Part shown: in pieces, positions 20,719 through 31,138 of the stretch
Layout of the letters: each line of letters starts with the position of its first letter
Position numbering within the stretch: the first letter of the stretch is position 1
NCBI GenBank assembly: GCA_963817955.1
Contig: CAWFQK010000004.1
Span: 1,088,001 to 1,152,000 of the forward strand
Source of the DNA: an uncultured Gemmatimonadaceae bacterium
Lineage (GTDB): Bacteria; Gemmatimonadota; Gemmatimonadetes; Gemmatimonadales; Gemmatimonadaceae
DNA length: 64,000 bases
Reading direction: 5' to 3'
Notes under the pieces: generated by a model
The model's input: only the letters and a program-made list of their open reading frames with translations
The model's database searches: none
Told to the model about the DNA's origin: nothing
Program-made: the position numbers and the translations under genes

Positions 20719-22228
20719 TCCGTGGCCTGGCGACGCTCCGACCGCCGCCGCACCGCGACTCGCTCCCTCGTCGCGGGAAAGCGTCGCGTGGGTGGCGGTC
20801 GCCGCGGTCGTCACGGTTGGACTCATTCCATTCCGTTCCCGAATTGGCGTCGCTCAGGTCGCACTCGTCTACCTGCTGGTGGTGTTGTTCGCGAGCGCCC
20901 GTCGAGGCCGGAATCTGGGGCTCCTTCTCGCCGCTGCCTGTTTTCTCGCATTCAACTACTTCTTCGTCCCGCCGTACGGCACCTTGTCGGTGGACGATCC
21001 CCTCAACTGGACCGTCCTGCTCGCCTTCTTCACCACGAGTGCGGTCGCCACCCAGCTCCTGCACCGGGCTCAGTTCGAGGCAGGGGCCGCACAGCGACGC
21101 GCCTTCGAGCTGCAACGTCTCGCGACCCTCGGCGCGGAGGCGCTGCAATCGGTGCGCGCCGTGGACGCCGCCGCGGCCATCGCCCGCGTCATCCGCGAAG
21201 AGTTCGTGGTCGACGTCTGCGAACTGTATCTTCGCGATCCGGGAACCGAGCGAATGCGTCTGGTCGCGCGGGCAACCGCGGCCGCCGAACAAGGCTTTGC
21301 GAATGAAGACGACGAAGGTGTGTCGGCGACGGACGTCATTCTTGCCGCCGACGCAAAGACACTGCTCCTTCCACTTCACACCTCATCGGGGCAGGTCGGA
21401 CTCCTGCGCTTGAAGTCGGAACGAGTCATCGCGCCGAATGTCGGACAGCATCCCTTCGCCCAAGCGCTCGCCTATTACGCCGCGCTCGGGCTCGAGCGCA
21501 TCCGATTGTCCGCGGCGGCGGAGCATGCCAGCGCACTCCTCGAGGCCGACAAGCTCAAGGACGCACTGCTCGCGACGGTATCGCACGATCTCCGCACGCC
21601 GCTGACGTCGATCAAGGCGATCGCGCACGAAATCGCGGAAGGTGGTGATCGGCGCGGAGCGACCGTGGAGATGGAGGCCGACCGGCTCAATCGCTACGTG
21701 TCGAACCTCCTCGACCTGTCGCGTCTGAACGCGGGCGCGATCCGCATTGCGCCGGAGCTGGTGCCCATTGAAGACCTGCTCGGAGCCTCGCTGCAGCAAC
21801 TGGCCGGCGTCGTCGGCGACCGCGATATCCGCGTCGCCCTCGATCCCAACGCACCCATGTTGATCGGCCGGTTCGATTTCGTCCTCACGCTCCGCGCCCT
21901 CGGCAATGTGATCGAGAATGCCGTTCGATATTCTCCCGCCGGAACTCCGGTGGACGTACACGCGTACAGCGACGGCGGGTCTATCCGAATCGACATCGCC
22001 GACCGTGGACCGGGCGTCCTTCCCGCCGACAGGGAGCGCATCTTCGCGCCCTTTCAGCGAGTCACCGCCGATCATGGCGATGGCGCGGGCCTCGGGTTAT
22101 CGATCGCGCGACGCGTGCTCGAGGCTCAACATGGCTCGCTGACGTTTCACCCACGACCCTCGGGCGGTTCGGTGTTCACGCTCTCGCTCCCAGGGACGGA
22201 GACGACCGCGCCTCAGGCCTCTTTGTAA
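20711..22228 (+). CDS. kdpD: KdpD-like sensor kinase lacking the N-terminal cytoplasmic domains
   Basis: Four-TM DUF4118 region (FNYFFVPPYGTL), GAF-like region, VSHDLRTPL, DRGPGV, GAGLGL; overlaps the kdpE stop. Confidence 0.8.
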   Translation: MSSPWPGDAPTAAAPRLAPSSRESVAWVAVAAVVTVGLIPFRSRIGVAQVALVYLLVVLFASARRGRNLGLLLAAACFLAFNYFFVPPYGTLSVDDPLNWTVLLAFFTTSAVATQLLHRAQFEAGAAQRRAFELQRLATLGAEALQSVRAVDAAAAIARVIREEFVVDVCELYLRDPGTERMRLVARATAAAEQGFANEDDEGVSATDVILAADAKTLLLPLHTSSGQVGLLRLKSERVIAPNVGQHPFAQALAYYAALGLERIRLSAAAEHASALLEADKLKDALLATVSHDLRTPLTSIKAIAHEIAEGGDRRGATVEMEADRLNRYVSNLLDLSRLNAGAIRIAPELVPIEDLLGASLQQLAGVVGDRDIRVALDPNAPMLIGRFDFVLTLRALGNVIENAVRYSPAGTPVDVHAYSDGGSIRIDIADRGPGVLPADRERIFAPFQRVTADHGDGAGLGLSIARRVLEAQHGSLTFHPRPSGGSVFTLSLPGTETTAPQASL

Positions 22229-22268
22229 CATCTTGATACGGTGGTGCCGGTTCTTTGTGCGGTCTTTG
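22220..22268 (+). promoter_or_regulatory. Putative KdpE/OmpR-type tandem boxes
   Basis: tctttg/tcttga at 22220, 22231, 22252 and 22263 (11/21/11-bp spacing), just upstream of the transporter. Confidence 0.5.
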
Positions 22269-22291
22269 CGACACCGCGCTTAGGCTGCGGT

Positions 22292-24289
22292 ATGCAAACC
22301 CGCATCAAACGTCTCGTGTACGGCAAGCCACGGGACCCCGAAGATGCGAGCACGCATCACAGCATTTCGCTGATCGCGTTACTCGCTTGGGTCGGCCTTG
22401 GCGCAGATGGTCTGTCATCATCGGCGTACGGCCCTGATGAGGCATTCCGGGCGCTTGGCGAGCATACCTACCTGGCCCTCGGATTGGCCCTCGCGACGGC
22501 CGTCACCGTGCTGGTGATCTCGCTCGCGTATTCACAGATCATCAGACAGTTCCCCTTCGGCGGCGGCGGATACGTCGTCGCGACCGAGCTGCTCGGTCCC
22601 CGCTGGGGCGTCATCTCGGGCTCTGCACTGCTCGTCGATTATGTCCTGACCATTTCGGTGTCGATCGCCAGTGGCGCCGATCAGGTGTTCAGCGTGCTTC
22701 CGGCGTCCGTTGCACACTGGAAGCTGTTGCTCGAAGGCGCCGTCATTCTGCTGCTCACGGTCATGAATCTCCGAGGGGTGAAAGAGTCGGTCACGATTCT
22801 CGCGCCCATCTTCTGCCTGTTCCTCGTCACCCATCTCATCCTGATCGCCGGCGGCATCGGGATGCATTTTCATCAGATCCCACAGGTGGCCTCCACCATG
22901 AGAACCGGCTTTCACTCCGGCCTCGGCACGCTTGGTGGGCTCGCGCTGTTCGCCATATTTGTCCGCGCCTACTCCATGGGTGCCGGCACGTACACCGGTA
23001 TCGAGGCCGTGTCGAACGGGCTTCAGATCATGCGCGAGCCAAAGGTGCACACGGCGCGCAAGACGATGACGCTCATGGCCTTTTCACTCGCACTCACTGC
23101 GGGTGGCATCCTCGTGCTGTATCTGCTGTTTGGCACCCGGCCCGTAGAAGGCAAGACGATGAACGCCGTCCTCCTGGATGCATTCGCCGGGCAATGGATG
23201 GTGGGCGGTTTTCACGCCGGGTACGTCTTCGTCGTCGTCACGCTCGGCGCCGAGGCCGCATTGCTCTTCGTGGCGGCACAAGCCGGTTTCATCGATGGTC
23301 CACGAGTGATGTCGAGCATGGCAACCGATTCGTGGCTGCCGCACCGATTCGCGCAGCTCTCGAGCCGGCTCACGATCAGCGACGGTGTCATGCTGATGGG
23401 CGGTGCCGCGATCGCGACGCTCATCTACACGCACGGCAGCCTCACGGCGCTGATCACGATGTACTCGATCAACGTGTTCGTCACCTTCTCCCTTTCGCAG
23501 CTCGGCATGCTTCGCTTCTGGCGCCGCCATCGCGGGACAGGGAGAATGAAGGGGTTTGTGATCCACGGGATCGCGTTCGCCCTCTGCTTCGGCATTCTGA
23601 CCGGCATTCTGTACGAGAAATTCGCGCTCGGCGGATGGGTCACCGTGACGGTGACGGGAGCATTGGTCGCGCTCTGTTTCCGCATTCGCCGTCACTATCG
23701 TCGCGTCGAAGGCAATCTCACGCGGCTGGACAGCATCATGGCGGCGCTGCCTACGCAATCACCGGTCGAGGTACCGCCCATGGACCGGAAACGTCCAACC
23801 GCCGTGCTGCTCGTGGGAGGGTATAGCGGAATGGGAGTGCACGCGTTGCTCACCATTCAACGCCTGTTCCCCGGCCACTACCGGAATTTCCTGTTCGTGT
23901 CGGTGGGCGTGGTCGACGTCGCAACAATGAAAGGCGTCGAAGAGGTCGATCGGCTCCGGGCGGCCACGGAAAAGTCCCTGCAGGAGTATGTCGCGCTGGC
24001 CAACCGATTTGGACTTGCCGCTGAATGGCGCATGGGGATGGGAACGGATGTCCTGGACGCTGGGTTGGACATCTGCACGGCGATCCGCGCGGAGTTTCCT
24101 CGGGCTGTCTTCTTCCTGGGCAAACTCATTTTCGAGCGCGAGCACTTCTTTCAACGCATCCTGCACAACGAGACTGCGTACCAGCTTCAGCGCCGCATGC
24201 AGTTCGCGGGTCTGAACGCGATGGTGCTGCCGGTCCGAGTGATTGAGGTACGCGACGACCTCGCGCAACTCAATCCGGACGCGGCCTGA
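22292..24289 (+). CDS. APC-superfamily permease with cytoplasmic C-terminal domain (KimA/YdaO-like putative K+ importer)
   Basis: ADGLSSSAYGPDE, FPFGGGGYVV, LLVDYVLTISVS and TGIEAVSNG motifs; about 12 TM segments. Confidence 0.8.
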   Translation: MQTRIKRLVYGKPRDPEDASTHHSISLIALLAWVGLGADGLSSSAYGPDEAFRALGEHTYLALGLALATAVTVLVISLAYSQIIRQFPFGGGGYVVATELLGPRWGVISGSALLVDYVLTISVSIASGADQVFSVLPASVAHWKLLLEGAVILLLTVMNLRGVKESVTILAPIFCLFLVTHLILIAGGIGMHFHQIPQVASTMRTGFHSGLGTLGGLALFAIFVRAYSMGAGTYTGIEAVSNGLQIMREPKVHTARKTMTLMAFSLALTAGGILVLYLLFGTRPVEGKTMNAVLLDAFAGQWMVGGFHAGYVFVVVTLGAEAALLFVAAQAGFIDGPRVMSSMATDSWLPHRFAQLSSRLTISDGVMLMGGAAIATLIYTHGSLTALITMYSINVFVTFSLSQLGMLRFWRRHRGTGRMKGFVIHGIAFALCFGILTGILYEKFALGGWVTVTVTGALVALCFRIRRHYRRVEGNLTRLDSIMAALPTQSPVEVPPMDRKRPTAVLLVGGYSGMGVHALLTIQRLFPGHYRNFLFVSVGVVDVATMKGVEEVDRLRAATEKSLQEYVALANRFGLAAEWRMGMGTDVLDAGLDICTAIRAEFPRAVFFLGKLIFEREHFFQRILHNETAYQLQRRMQFAGLNAMVLPVRVIEVRDDLAQLNPDAA

Positions 24290-24312
24290 GGCTGCCGACT
24301 GAGGACACGATC

Positions 24313-24738
24313 ATGCGTCCATCGATTGTATCTGAAGGACAGAAGGACGCCACCGCCGAACGGCTCGTGGAGATACTCTGCGAGATACCGCTGGCGACGT
24401 GGCGCTCCACCGCACTCGCGGCAGCCTTCGCCCCGGGCGGCCGCGCCGCGGCCGAAGCGTTGACCGCAGCAATGCCATCGGTCAATCCAGTCCATGCGTG
24501 GATGGTGCTCGACGATCTCGAGACGGCTCTCTTTCGGCTCACAGCCGTCAACGCGCGCGACATCGTTCCCAGTGCAAAGGAATACGAGTTGATTCGCATC
24601 GCTACGCGCCGTGCGGTGCAGGCCTTACTGTGCCGAGACTACCTGGCGCCTGAGCATGTCCATGCCCTCGCCGGGCCCTTTCTGTCCATGACACTCGATA
24701 GTGCCTGTCCTCCTGAGCGGAGCGAAGGATTTCTGTGA
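24313..24738 (+). CDS. Hypothetical protein
   Basis: RBS gagga and ORF following the transporter; the last residues are encoded by a repeat element. Confidence 0.5.
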   Translation: MRPSIVSEGQKDATAERLVEILCEIPLATWRSTALAAAFAPGGRAAAEALTAAMPSVNPVHAWMVLDDLETALFRLTAVNARDIVPSAKEYELIRIATRRAVQALLCRDYLAPEHVHALAGPFLSMTLDSACPPERSEGFL

Positions 24739-24848
24739 GCCGGCTGGATGTCGCTGGCTGCTCCGTAGCGGTCGGCCCACCGGTCGGCGAGTTTCGAGTG
24801 TCCAGTTGTGAGTTGTGCGTTGTGAGTTTCTCGTGTCCCGTGTCTCGT
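24704..24848. repeat. Partial copy of the 31863/34049 repeat arm fused to a REP-like half site
   Basis: 24740-24828 matches ~31876-31960; 24704-24738 resembles 32119-32153. Confidence 0.85.
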
Positions 24849-24852
24849 CAGG

Positions 24853-26892
24853 CTACCGTCCCGCCCAAGTTAAACTCTCCCGATGCAGGTATGGAAACCG
24901 CCCGTCCGGATCGATGACCACCCGTACCACGGCGGGCACGCCCGGTACCCGCACGACATGACGCCGTAGGCCGGTGAGCCAGACGTCCGCCGACACGGTG
25001 AGGCGCTGCACCGTGCCGTCAACACGGGTGATCGCGAGGTCAACCGGCATGGGCGCAAGGCCGCGATCGTCGATGGTGATCGTCGTGGAGTCGCCGCGCG
25101 TGTCCACTGACGCAATGGCCTGATCGAGCGGCCACGGTTGGTAGAACCAGGTGGTGAAGAACCAGCCGAGGTCGCGCCGCGCCACGTCGGAAACGGTATT
25201 GAAGAAGTCATACGGATACGGGTGCTTGCCAGTCCACCGCCGGCCATACTCGCGGTACGCCCGGTGAAACGTCTCCTCACCCAGCACCCCGCGGAGCGCA
25301 GCGAGCACCTGAGCGGTCTTGTCGTAGAACATGATGAAGTACAGGTCCTGCGGATACAGATCGCCTGGCCACATGAGCGTCATGTCGTGTCCGGTTCGCG
25401 CGGCGTCGAGGTACAGTCCCCGTTGTCCGGCCTCGGAATCGCCGGGGCGTCCACCGGTGCGCGGCTCACCATAGAGCGCGCGCATCCCCTGCGCGACATC
25501 GAACTGCGTGAAGCCTTCATCCATCCATGGATGCCGCGTCTCGTTCGAACCAACCTGCATCGGGAACCACATGTGTCCCGTCTCGTGCATCAGATCGCCC
25601 GCGAGCGAGAGGGTGTCGGCCCAGGGCTGCATGACCGTCATCATCGGATACTCCATGCCGCCCGAGTCGAGGACGCCCTCCATCGATGTCATGGTCGGCC
25701 ATGGATACCGCCACAGATACGTCGAGAGTTGCTCGATGGCATCGCGCGTGAATCGTGCGCCACCGAGCACCCAGGCCACGGCGGGCGCGTTGCGGCGATA
25801 GAAGCTGTAAATGTTCACTGTATCTGGCGATGCTCGGCCGGAGTCGGTCACGAACGCCCTAGTGGCGTCCCACACGTACTGGTCACTCGCCCCCCAGGCA
25901 AAGTCGCGCACATCGGGCGCCGTGAAGTGCCACATCGTGGTCGCGCCGCGCCCAATGAATGCGGCTGCCGCGTCAGCGCCCGGCTCGACGACGTGCACCA
26001 CGCTGCCGGTGCGCCGGGCTTCGGCCAATCGCCCGCGCGCAACTGGTGACAGCACTTCGTCCGCGTTGCCGAGTGTGCCGGTGGCGCCGATCACCCAGCC
26101 GCGCGGCACGGTGAGTCGCACATCGTAGTCCGCCGGATCCATGTAGAACTCCGCTTCGAGCAGATACGGATCGGCCACCCAGCCATGCACGTCGTCGTAC
26201 ACGGCGACCTGCGGGTACCAGTATCCCATGAAGTACAGGTGATGGTCTTCGCGTCCCTGACGTCCATCGGATGGCGAAGGTGGCACCACGTATGACCAGG
26301 CGAGGTCCAGCCGCACGCTGTCGTGCGGCACCAGCGGCGCGGGCAGCGGGAGCCACATCACCGTGCCGTCCACGGTATAGCCGCCTACATCCGACACCTG
26401 ACGTTTGGCGACGTCGGTGATTGGCACCACGTCCACACCGGCCGATTTCGGGGGAACCACGCGTTCATTCACCGCCACACGGTCCAACCGCATACCTCCG
26501 GTGATCGGCGCCGACTGTCGCCGAGGATTTCCGGCGGCGAAAACATTCTGTCGAACGTGCACAGCCAGCCGTCGCAGCGTATCGGGAGAGTTGTTGAGGT
26601 AGACCACGCGTTCCCTGCCCGATACACGATCGGTGGACGGATCGAGCCGCGCCTGGATGGCGTAGCGCGCGTGTTGCACCCAATAGGCGGCGCCCGGACG
26701 CCCCGTCCGCGTGCGCGTGCCGAGCTCCACGGCTCGCGTGAATTCAGGGCTTTCGTAGACGGGACCCGGCACCGGACGCGAGTCCCGCGCCGTAGTGGCG
26801 GGCGCGAGCGGGACGGACGGACGACTCTGCGCCCGCGCGGTCGCCGAGAGGGCAAGCAGCGACAGGCCGGCGGCGACGGTACGGATTCGCAT
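24853..26892 (-). CDS. Secreted M1 family metallopeptidase
   Basis: Signal peptide, GGMEYPMM, HETGHMWFP...DEGF. Confidence 0.88.
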   Translation of the reverse strand: MRIRTVAAGLSLLALSATARAQSRPSVPLAPATTARDSRPVPGPVYESPEFTRAVELGTRTRTGRPGAAYWVQHARYAIQARLDPSTDRVSGRERVVYLNNSPDTLRRLAVHVRQNVFAAGNPRRQSAPITGGMRLDRVAVNERVVPPKSAGVDVVPITDVAKRQVSDVGGYTVDGTVMWLPLPAPLVPHDSVRLDLAWSYVVPPSPSDGRQGREDHHLYFMGYWYPQVAVYDDVHGWVADPYLLEAEFYMDPADYDVRLTVPRGWVIGATGTLGNADEVLSPVARGRLAEARRTGSVVHVVEPGADAAAAFIGRGATTMWHFTAPDVRDFAWGASDQYVWDATRAFVTDSGRASPDTVNIYSFYRRNAPAVAWVLGGARFTRDAIEQLSTYLWRYPWPTMTSMEGVLDSGGMEYPMMTVMQPWADTLSLAGDLMHETGHMWFPMQVGSNETRHPWMDEGFTQFDVAQGMRALYGEPRTGGRPGDSEAGQRGLYLDAARTGHDMTLMWPGDLYPQDLYFIMFYDKTAQVLAALRGVLGEETFHRAYREYGRRWTGKHPYPYDFFNTVSDVARRDLGWFFTTWFYQPWPLDQAIASVDTRGDSTTITIDDRGLAPMPVDLAITRVDGTVQRLTVSADVWLTGLRRHVVRVPGVPAVVRVVIDPDGRFPYLHRESLTWAGR

Positions 26893-27110
26893 GCGGTAGG
26901 GGCGAAGCATATAGACGGACGGAGGTAGGAGGGCCGGCCCCCGAAGAATAGCACGGCTCAAGGAACTGGAGTCCAGGAGTTGCGAGTTGCTGCCGGCGGC
27001 TACTGGTTACTGGTTGCTGGTTGCTGCTATCGCGCAGTGTCATCGCGCATCGCCATCGCGGAGCCATTCATGCCCAAACAGCTTTCATCCCTCGGAGCGA
27101 CGCGCAGCAC

Positions 27111-28514
27111 ATGAGCGCGCCGGACACTCAATTGCCCGGATCCGTCGAGCAGCCGCACCTCCTGCGCCGGTTCAGCCTGCTCCCCGCGACCGCGCTGAAC
27201 ATGACCAACATGATCGGCGTTGGACCGTTCATCACGATCCCCCTGCTCATGTCGGCGCTGGGCGGTCCTCAGGCGATGCTGGGCTGGATCGTCGCGCTCG
27301 TCATCGTCGTGTGCGACGGGATGGTGTGGAGCGAGCTCGGTGCGGCAATGCCCGGATCGGGCGGCTCGTTCCACTACCTGCGCGAAGCGTTCGGGCGGGA
27401 GACAGTTGGACGTCTGATGGCGTTCCTGTTCGTCTGGCAATTCGTCCTCAGCGGCCCACTCGAGATCGCGTCGGGGTACATCGGGTTCGCGGACTACTCG
27501 AGCTACATCTGGAAGGGAATCACGCGTCCCGAGTCCATCGGACTCATTACCATCGTGGGGCTGGTCAACATTGCCCTGCTCTACCGGCGCATCCACTCGA
27601 TTGCCGTGATCACCATCTCACTGTGGATCGGCACGTTGATCACGGTGCTCGCGGTGATCGTGACCGGGGCGATGCACTTCAACTCGCATGTCGCGTTCGA
27701 TTTTCCGCCGGGCGCGTTCAACTTCTCCCTCGGGTTCTTCATCGGAATTGGCGTGGCGTCGCGCATCGGGATCTACGACTACCTGGGCTACTACGACGTC
27801 TGCTACATCGGCGACGAGGTGCGCGACCCTGGGCGCGTCATCCCGCGTTCGATCCTCATCAGCACCGCTGCGGTGGCGGTCATCTATCTGGGGATCAATC
27901 TCTCGATCATCGGGGTGGTGCCCTGGCGGGAGTTCGTGCCGGCCGCCGCACACGCCGAGTCGAACTTCATCGTCTCGATCTTCATGCAGAAGATCTACGG
28001 CGCACACGTCGCGACGGCGTTCACGCTCCTCGTCTTGTGGACCGCGTTCGGATCTGTGTTTGCGTTGCTGCTGGGCTACTCGCGTATTCCATACGCCGCA
28101 GCCGAGAGCGGCTACTTCTTTCGCGCATTCGGGCGGCTCCACGCCACGAAAGATTTTCCGTACGTCTCACTGATCGTGCTGGGCGTCATCTCCATCTTCG
28201 CCGGGTTCTTCTCGCTCGGCACTGTCATTGACGCGCTCATCGTCACGCGCATCCTCGTGCAGTTCATAGGGCAGATCTTCGGCCTCATTCTTCTGCGCCG
28301 GCGGGCACCAGACATGGCTCGACCCTATCGTATGTGGCTGTACCCGATCCCGGCATTGGTCGCGCTGCTCGGGTGGATCTTCGTCTTCGCGACCACCCAG
28401 TGGATGGTGATCCTGTTTGGCGTGGGGGTCCTCGCGCTGGGTTGCCTCGCATTTCTGTTCTGGTCGTGGAACACCAAGCGTTGGCCCTTCGGCCTCGAGG
28501 AGGCGACATCGTGA
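27111..28514 (+). CDS. APC family amino acid/amine permease
   Basis: NMIGVGPFITIP, ELGAAMPGSGG and GDEVRDPGRVIPRSI motifs; about 12 TM segments. Confidence 0.85.
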   Translation: MSAPDTQLPGSVEQPHLLRRFSLLPATALNMTNMIGVGPFITIPLLMSALGGPQAMLGWIVALVIVVCDGMVWSELGAAMPGSGGSFHYLREAFGRETVGRLMAFLFVWQFVLSGPLEIASGYIGFADYSSYIWKGITRPESIGLITIVGLVNIALLYRRIHSIAVITISLWIGTLITVLAVIVTGAMHFNSHVAFDFPPGAFNFSLGFFIGIGVASRIGIYDYLGYYDVCYIGDEVRDPGRVIPRSILISTAAVAVIYLGINLSIIGVVPWREFVPAAAHAESNFIVSIFMQKIYGAHVATAFTLLVLWTAFGSVFALLLGYSRIPYAAAESGYFFRAFGRLHATKDFPYVSLIVLGVISIFAGFFSLGTVIDALIVTRILVQFIGQIFGLILLRRRAPDMARPYRMWLYPIPALVALLGWIFVFATTQWMVILFGVGVLALGCLAFLFWSWNTKRWPFGLEEATS

Positions 28515-31138
28515 AGCGGATCCTGACAGCCATCGTACTGCTCGCTGTCGCGCGTGTCGCGCATTCGCAGGAGCGGCAGATGCTGCAGGCCGGCTGGCTC
28601 GTACAGTCATCGGCCAGCGCCGGCGTGGACGGCATGCGCATCTCCTCACCGGCGTACCACACGGCGGGATGGTATCGCGCCACGGTGCCATCGACCGTCG
28701 TTGGATCGCTCGTCGAGGCCGGCGTGTATCGCGACCCGTTCTTCGGGATGAACCTCCGCACGCTGCCGGGAATGACCTATGCGATTGGCGCGAACTTCGT
28801 GCATACCGCAATGTCGCCAGCGAGCCCATTCGCCGTGCCGTGGTGGTACCGCACCAGCTTCCACGTACCAGCGGCTATGCGAGGCAGGCGACTTGCGCTG
28901 CAGTTCAATGGCATCAACTACCGGGCAAATATCTGGCTGAACGGCCGGCGGTTGGCAGACTCGAGCCGCGTGGCCGGCACTTACCGACACTACGAGCTGG
29001 ATGTCACGGATGCGGTGCGGCCGGCCGGCGCCAACGTCCTCGCCGTCGAGATCTTTGCGCCGACCCCGCCCGACCTGCAAACGACGTGGGTGGACTGGAA
29101 CCCGTCACCGCCGGACAAGGACATGGGGATCTGGCAGCCGGCATTCCTCGCCGCAACCGGAGACGTGGTCGTGCGTGACCCACTCGTCGTGAGTCACGTG
29201 GATACAGCCACGCTGCGCAGCGCCGAGCTGACCGTGGCGGCGAACGTCAGAAATCTCTCATCCCATGCGGTGACCGGTGTCTTGCGCGGCCACGTCGGTC
29301 AAGTCGCGTTCAGTCGATCGGTAACGTTGGCGCCGCACGACAGCGCGTTCGTGCGCTTCACGCCGGACAGCTTCCCACAGCTCCGCTTGCGGAATCCGCG
29401 GCTCTGGTGGCCCGCTGAAATGGGACGTCCGGAGCTGAACGATCTGGACATCGAGTTCGCCGCTGGCGGGCGAGTATCGGACCGCCAGCATATCCGCTTC
29501 GGGATCCGCGAGATCACGAGCGAAATGACGAGCAAGGGCGCACGCCTCTTCCGCGTTAACGGGCGTCGCATCCTCGTCCGCGGCGGCGGCTGGGCGCCGG
29601 ACATGTTCTTTCGACCGCAACCGGAGCGGCAAACCGCGCAGCTGCGCTACGCGCTGGACATGCATCTCAACACCATTCGACTGGAAGGCAACTACGAGGA
29701 CGACCGGTTCTGGCAGCAGACCGACAGCCTCGGCGTGCTCGTCATGAGCGGCTGGGTGTGCTGCCTCGCATGGGAGGAGTGGCCGAAGTGGGGCGCGGAG
29801 CAGTACGCGGTGGCGGCGGCCTCACTGCGCGATCAGATCCGGCGACTGCGCGCCCACCCCAGCGCGCTCGTCTGGCTCAATGGCAGCGACAACCCACCGC
29901 CGGCAAATGTCGAGCAGATGTATCTGGACATCGAGCGCCAGGAAGCGTGGCCCAACCCAACGCTCTCCTCGGCAAGCGCAAAGCCGGCGCAGTTCTCGGG
30001 GGCAAGCGGCGTGAAGATGACCGGACCATACGACTGGGTGCCCCCGTCGTATTGGCTTCAGGACAGCACCCACGGTGGCGCATGGGGCTACAACACGGAG
30101 ACCAGCCCCGGCGCGGCAGTCCCGCCGATCGAGAGCATGCAGCAGATGATCCCCGCGCGCGACATCGCATGGCCGCTGGACAGCGTGTGGCTCTATCATG
30201 CCGCGGGCGGCCAGTTCACCCATCTGCTCGACCGGTTCAACACGGCGCTGTCCACGCGCTACGGCGCGCCAACGAGCATTCGGGACTACACCGTCAAGTC
30301 GCAGCTCATGACCTATGAAGGTGAACGTGCGATGTTCGAGGCATACCGCCGCAACGCGTACGGTTCCACCGGCGTGATTCAGTGGATGCTCAACAACGCG
30401 TGGCCCTCGATCTACTGGCATCTCTTCGACTGGTACCTGCGACCCGCGGGAGGCTACTTCGGCACCAAGAAAGCGAACGAGCCCGTCCATGTATTGTTCT
30501 CGTATGACGACCGGTCCGTGGCCGTGGTGAACGCCACGCGCACGTCACTGCGCGGCACGCACCTCCGAGCGCGAGTGCTCGGGCTCGACGGTTCGGAAAA
30601 GCTGGCGCGCGACACCGTGTTCGACGTGCCCGCTGACAGCAGCCTACGAATGTTCATGCTCCCGGAGCCGCCGAACACGTCGGGCGCCTATTTCGTGGAC
30701 CTGCGGCTGACCGGTGCCGACGGACGGGCGATCAGCACAAACTTTTATTGGCTGTCCACACACCCAGACGTGCTGGCCGACACGTCGACGTGGTACGTGA
30801 CACCCGTCAAGGCGTATGCGGATCTTACGGCACTCTCCGGCATGCCGGCGGCCCAGGTGACGGCCAGTGTCCACTTCAGCGGCGGCGGCGGCGGGACGGA
30901 CGAGGCGCGAGTCACTCTCAGGAATCCTGGCACGACGATCGCTTTCTTCCTGCGGCTGCAGGTGACCGGGCGCGGAGGGGCAGAAGCGCTCCCGGTTTTT
31001 TGGGATGACAATGACCTCTCGCTGCTGCCGGGAGAAACGCGCGTGGTGACGGCACGGTACCGCACACGCGACCTACACGACTCGCCGCCGCGGCTCGTGG
31101 TGAGTGGGTGGAACGTACCGCAAGTCACGCTCAGGTGA
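28511..31138 (+). CDS. csxA: Secreted GH2 exo-1,4-beta-D-glucosaminidase-like glycosidase
   Basis: WVDWNPSPPD, LNTIRLEG, WLNGSD, KMTGPYDWVPP, NTETSPG and WMLNNAWPS motifs of CsxA-type GH2; GTGA coupling to the permease. Confidence 0.8.
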   Translation: MKRILTAIVLLAVARVAHSQERQMLQAGWLVQSSASAGVDGMRISSPAYHTAGWYRATVPSTVVGSLVEAGVYRDPFFGMNLRTLPGMTYAIGANFVHTAMSPASPFAVPWWYRTSFHVPAAMRGRRLALQFNGINYRANIWLNGRRLADSSRVAGTYRHYELDVTDAVRPAGANVLAVEIFAPTPPDLQTTWVDWNPSPPDKDMGIWQPAFLAATGDVVVRDPLVVSHVDTATLRSAELTVAANVRNLSSHAVTGVLRGHVGQVAFSRSVTLAPHDSAFVRFTPDSFPQLRLRNPRLWWPAEMGRPELNDLDIEFAAGGRVSDRQHIRFGIREITSEMTSKGARLFRVNGRRILVRGGGWAPDMFFRPQPERQTAQLRYALDMHLNTIRLEGNYEDDRFWQQTDSLGVLVMSGWVCCLAWEEWPKWGAEQYAVAAASLRDQIRRLRAHPSALVWLNGSDNPPPANVEQMYLDIERQEAWPNPTLSSASAKPAQFSGASGVKMTGPYDWVPPSYWLQDSTHGGAWGYNTETSPGAAVPPIESMQQMIPARDIAWPLDSVWLYHAAGGQFTHLLDRFNTALSTRYGAPTSIRDYTVKSQLMTYEGERAMFEAYRRNAYGSTGVIQWMLNNAWPSIYWHLFDWYLRPAGGYFGTKKANEPVHVLFSYDDRSVAVVNATRTSLRGTHLRARVLGLDGSEKLARDTVFDVPADSSLRMFMLPEPPNTSGAYFVDLRLTGADGRAISTNFYWLSTHPDVLADTSTWYVTPVKAYADLTALSGMPAAQVTASVHFSGGGGGTDEARVTLRNPGTTIAFFLRLQVTGRGGAEALPVFWDDNDLSLLPGETRVVTARYRTRDLHDSPPRLVVSGWNVPQVTLR

